NCBI RefSeq assembly: GCF_004010195.1 | Contig: NC_057711.1 | Location: 77,028,685-77,092,684 of the forward strand | Direction: 5' to 3' | Source of the DNA: Chiloscyllium plagiosum | Taxonomy: Eukaryota | DNA: 64,000 nucleotides | Shown here: piece after piece, positions 59,501-64,000 of the stretch | How the letters are laid out: each line of letters starts with the position of its first letter | Position numbering within the stretch: the first letter of the stretch is position 1 | Position numbers and translations under genes: made by a program | Notes under the pieces: model-generated | Seen by the model: the letters and a program-made list of their open reading frames with translations, nothing else | Databases searched by the model: none | Told to the model about the DNA's origin: nothing

Positions 59501-62129
59501 ATTTTTCAAGCAAAGTCTAATGCCTCCAGCAACTCATTTGTTAGAGAGCTGATTGCTTAGGAGGAAGACTCCAGAAGTAAAGATACTTAAACTAGCAATT
59601 TAACAAAACTATTCACATCATATACACATGGCATGAATAATCAATATATTCAAATGAAAAGGAGAGAAAACTTTCATAATACCAGCGTTGTTCTAGGTTT
59701 TCAAGTCAAGCAGACAAATAAAAGACAGAGGAAGATGGTTCCTGCAGAAGACAAGAAAAATCTTAAAATACTAAGTTCATATCAATACTATCAACCTCAA
59801 GAATCATAAACATGTGCTTTTGCTACAATCAAAATTTAATCGATGTAACAACAATAGAGTGGGGAAAAATTATGAACAGGTCTCCTGCATTGCATTACAG
59901 TAAACAACATACAATATTTTGATGTTCACTTAAATGTGAATAATCTGTATATAGAGATGTTGGGAAATCGCAACAAATTAAATCTTGGAAAATAACATCC
60001 TAAAAATATTTTCTGATTGGTACATACAGTCACTTATTTCAGAGTTTTTTTTCTCTCCTCAATTATTATCGTACACAATCTCCTGAAAAATTATCTAATA
60101 TAAATGGTTTAAATATAAATATAATTGTTGGAGTTGGTTGGGTTTGCATTGAATTGATTGGTTCAACAGAAAGATCTGTATTTTCAGGTTGTAAATTCCA
60201 GTGGGTCCGTTAGAGACCTAGTAAAAGCAGAAATGCACCTCTTAAAGCTTGGTTGCACACTCCCTCAGGATTCTTTCCGTTTTTATGACAGTGGAACATT
60301 AATTTTCAATAAAATGCATCGCAGCAAGACCCGGGGTTCTCAGAAGCCTCACCAGCGGAGTTTGGAGGTAGTGAGAACCAGGAAGGAGCTCCTGTTCTGT
60401 AGCAATGACAGGACAGTAAATAAGTCATCATTCAAGATATGAGAAAGAAAACAGAGATTGTCAGCTCCAAGCATCATGATATAATGCAGGAAACATTTCA
60501 ATTACCTCAGACTAGTATGGTTAACAACAGTTCTACATTTCATTTTCTCTCTACTGTTCAAGGCAGTAATCCCATTCTCATTCCAAGACCTCTGAATAAT
60601 TTTCTTCACTATCTAGCAAACAGAAACATCTCTCAGAGGACAGAAATGAGGACTTCAGTGTTTCAGTAATGACAAGAAAACTGCTGCCTTCACATAGGTT
60701 GTATGAAATATCCAAAGTGCTACCAAGGAGTCCTAATACTGCAACTGGATGTATGAAGAATCTGGCTTCAGTGTGATCAGAGTGAGCTTGCATGGCATCA
60801 GTATTATACTATCTACCGTAGTAACTGTTGCCATGTCTTGTAATATTTCACAACAGCATTCCACGTTTACAAGCTTCAAAGCTTGAAAAGAATCTCAAAA
60901 AGCTATGTAGTCTCTGGATTCAAACCTATATTCTGCACTGAATAAACACTAAAGAGATCATTGTTGCTTGTGGAAAGAGACTTGCAAGGAGCTTCTTACA
61001 TTCTGTACTTAGTCCTCATGCAGTGTTACCAGTTGATAAATTTCTGTTCTGTAGTTAAAATGGTGGTCAGTCAGTCACTGGCAAAATTAGTATAGTAAAT
61101 GAATGTTCACAATTTGACTACCAATTGCCTTCAAACAGTTAAAATTGAAATTGAGTGACCATAGCTGATATTTACTCAAATTAAAGAATCATATCAACAA
61201 AGCATAGCTATAAAGCAGTGGCAATTGTTTTAAAGAGAAAATAGACCTACAAAATATTGTTTGTTTGACAGACTAAGGAATGAGTTCTTTTTTGGCATAA
61301 ATTTGGACTGTAGTCATTGCACGTTCAGTGAGCTCCTTTTATTTTGCAAAGTGTGGGATGGGGTTAGCACTTTCAGGATCTGCATGGTATGGAGGCAGCT
61401 ACGCATGCAAAAAAAAACCTACTAATGCCTTCAATTAAGTTTGATTTCTGCAGGAAGGCATATCTGAAATACATCTTGTGCACTTTAGATCTGGTAGAAA
61501 GAGTACTAAATTTACCAAACTTCTTTGGAGAGATAAGGTATCCTTTTGGATATGGCATAAGACACCTTGGAAAAATGGTGACATGCACTTTGGGAGAGGT
61601 CAAATGTCCTTCAGGGTTATTAAAAGTATTCATGCACGCAAGTAAAAACTAAATAAACCCATTGACACTGTGAAGCTCATTGGACCTATCAAAGTGAATT
61701 ATCAAACTGTTAAAGCTTTTAAATATTTTTTTTCAAGCTGTCAAGACTTCTAAATCTCTTGCCTTTTAACAATTTGGAAAAATAACAGTCCATAGTGTTA
61801 AGAAAACTCAATGCTTGCTGTTTCACTCTGACTTTTGATGGAAATCTGAGAGTTGTCATTGCACGATTAGTACTAAATCACCAATTTCACAACCTTTCAT
61901 TTCCACAGTGTGGTACCTGCCAGTTCACAGTTTAAGTGTTTTTATAAGGGACTGAGTATTTGATGATGATTAAATGTAACAAATGGCTATTTTAAATCAG
62001 TGTTTTTTAAATTTAATAGCAAATTTAGAACTTTATTCAATTTCAGCATGCGTTCTGAAGTCTGCCCATTTGGATAGTGAATACATTGCCATTACGGGTG
62101 TAAAAGCAAAGTGTGGCGAGGTTTTTCTT

Positions 62130-62505
62130 CAGTCACTAGATGTGGACATCACTGACAAGGTCAGCATTTATTGCCTATACTAAAATTATGTTAGGGAGGA
62201 AGATCCATATTGTGACCTAATATACTGAAGTAACAGCAATATCAGATCAGGATGGTCAGTTGCTTGAACAGCAATTTGTAGGTGGTGATCCCATGTATCT
62301 GTAGCCTTTGTCCTTCTAGATGATAATACTCACAGATTTAGAGGGTGCTGCCTCAGGAGCCTTAGTGAATTGAGGCAGTATATAGTATATTGCTAATGGT
62401 ACACACTGCTGCTACTGTGCATTGGTGGTGGAGGGAATGAATATTTGTGGTTGTGATGCCAATCAAGTGGCTTTGTCTTTTGTTATTATGGTGGCAAGTG
62501 TTGTT
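62130..62505 (-). mobile_element. 3' end of the second CR1/L2-group LINE family
   Basis: Minus-strand SLHHQCTVAAVCTI-type C-terminus and tail aggcaataaatgctgacc..gatgtccacatc, similar to the tails of the SINEs at 15460-15520 and 25880-25925. Confidence 0.65.
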
Positions 62506-63649
62506 CAGAGGGTTTTCTGACTTGGCATCAAGTTAGAATGGAGCTACAAAGAGCCAGGCAAATGGGCATAAATGGGAATGGAAATATTAGCAATCATTGG
62601 GGTGATTGGAAGGCATAGATGGAGATCGGGGTGAAGGTGGAGAAGGGGATTAAGGGTGAAAACTGGATACCATGTTAAATTTTTTTCTTTAAAGATACAG
62701 CACAGTGTCAAAGCACCAAGGTTGATCTCTTGCCCAGATGACTTTGCACCTAACAGCTCCCAAACTCTTCCAGGGGACTGCAGCCACATAAAACCTGGAA
62801 CAAAATCTGAATCTCTGCATTTCTTTATCGCCAAGTCAGTTTTATGGAGCTGTAGATTGCTCCAACTCTGTACTCCCTATCCAGGAACACAACTTCAGGT
62901 CTTGGTCACAAGGAATTTTAAGAGTCAATTACATTTTACATCAAACAGGGTCTATTGATCACATAATTAAAACAGCTCATAAACCCAACATCAGCATTAA
63001 TATACCAACATCAGCAATATTAATCATTCACTTTTGATCTTGCTGTGTTAACAGCTTTAATGTTTCAACAACATTTGACGATAGAGCATAAGTTACTGGT
63101 ACCAAATGAATATGAAATATTACAAAAATGAACTTTTTAAATAGTCATGAAACCATTTCTAATTTATGTAGGCTTTATGGCCAAACTGAGCCAAAGTGGC
63201 AGCACTGATCTCATGCCAAATTATGCCCATCACTGCTTAAATCTTACGTGGAAATTGTCAAGAAGTCAGTTTGACTTTGTCATGTTCCTGAAGCATGTTA
63301 GGTGATGAGTTCCTACTTTGTACAAAATTCTTTCCTTTCATTTTTCTATCGGGATAAAATTTTTCTCCATAGCTGTCCTTTCAGACTTGTATGCTTTTTA
63401 AATACCTCAACCAGATCTCCTCTGCCTTCTATTTTCAAGCAAATACAAATTAAGCCTAAGCAGCTATTTGCAATTTAATCTCATTTCCTAGTATCATTCT
63501 AGCAAATCTGTACCAAGCCCGCTACAAAGGTCTGGATATCTTTGTATGGTTGCTAGCCAAAAACCCATCACTTTGTACTTCACAGGAGATCTAACCATCA
63601 TCTACACAACTGAAACAAAAATTCTTCCCCCTTCCATTACTTAAACTGA

Positions 63650-63955
63650 TGTTTTCTGTGGTTAAATGTGAGGTATTACATGTTGGTATTACAAATAAAG
63701 GCAGGACTTATACAGTTAATGGTAGGGCCTTCAGCAGTGTTGTAGAACAGAGACCTAGGGGTTCAGGTTGATAGGTTTTGAATGCTGCATCACAGGTAGA
63801 CAGGGTGGTTAAGAAGACATGGAGCATGCGTGCCTTCATTGCTCAGATCAATGAATATAAGAGTTGGATGTCATGTTGAGGCTGTACAGGACGTTGGTGA
63901 GGCTACTTTTGGAATACTGTGTACAGTTCTGGTCACCCTGTTATAGGAAGGGATA
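63650..63955 (+). mobile_element. CR1 LINE fragment
   Basis: KCEVLH, DLGVQV and LYRTLVRLLLEYCVQFWSPCYRK. Confidence 0.85.
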
Positions 63956-64000
63956 CTACAGATAGTTCTTGGACAAGGTGTGTTCCCACAATGCGATTTG

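Noticed and set aside
60158..61652. Cluster of 70-95-aa ORFs on both strands
   Set aside because: No motifs or consistent exon structure; compatible with chance or an unrecognisably old repeat.

Overview
Eukaryotic, AT-rich, repeat-dense genomic DNA with three assembly gaps (6479-6783, 37307-37869, 52975-53050). The repeats point to a cartilaginous fish, most likely a shark (inference): HE1-like tRNA/V-SINEs, Deu/SacSINE1-like SINEs, CR1 LINEs and Penelope-like elements. I see no long intact host ORF; most ORF-track entries are transposon fragments or chance ORFs. Recognisable content: (1) a full-length but decayed L1-clade element with a target-site duplication (TSD) and a 5' YY1 motif (about 45.8-52.0 kb); (2) many CR1 fragments, with a deeply nested cluster at 35.5-45.4 kb; (3) Penelope-like elements and short palindromic derivatives carrying minimal hammerhead-ribozyme motifs; (4) a Gypsy gag-pro fossil and a probable solo LTR; (5) Harbinger transposase and Myb/SANT fossils; (6) a hAT MITE with a perfect 8-bp TSD; (7) several small minus-strand exon candidates that splice in frame but that I cannot assign to a known gene. 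The most interesting signals are the hammerhead-bearing hairpin elements, a Deu-SINE head fused directly to a LINE endonuclease ORF, and the candidate micro-exon gene. All family assignments come from motif recognition by eye, not database searches, and most element boundaries are approximate.
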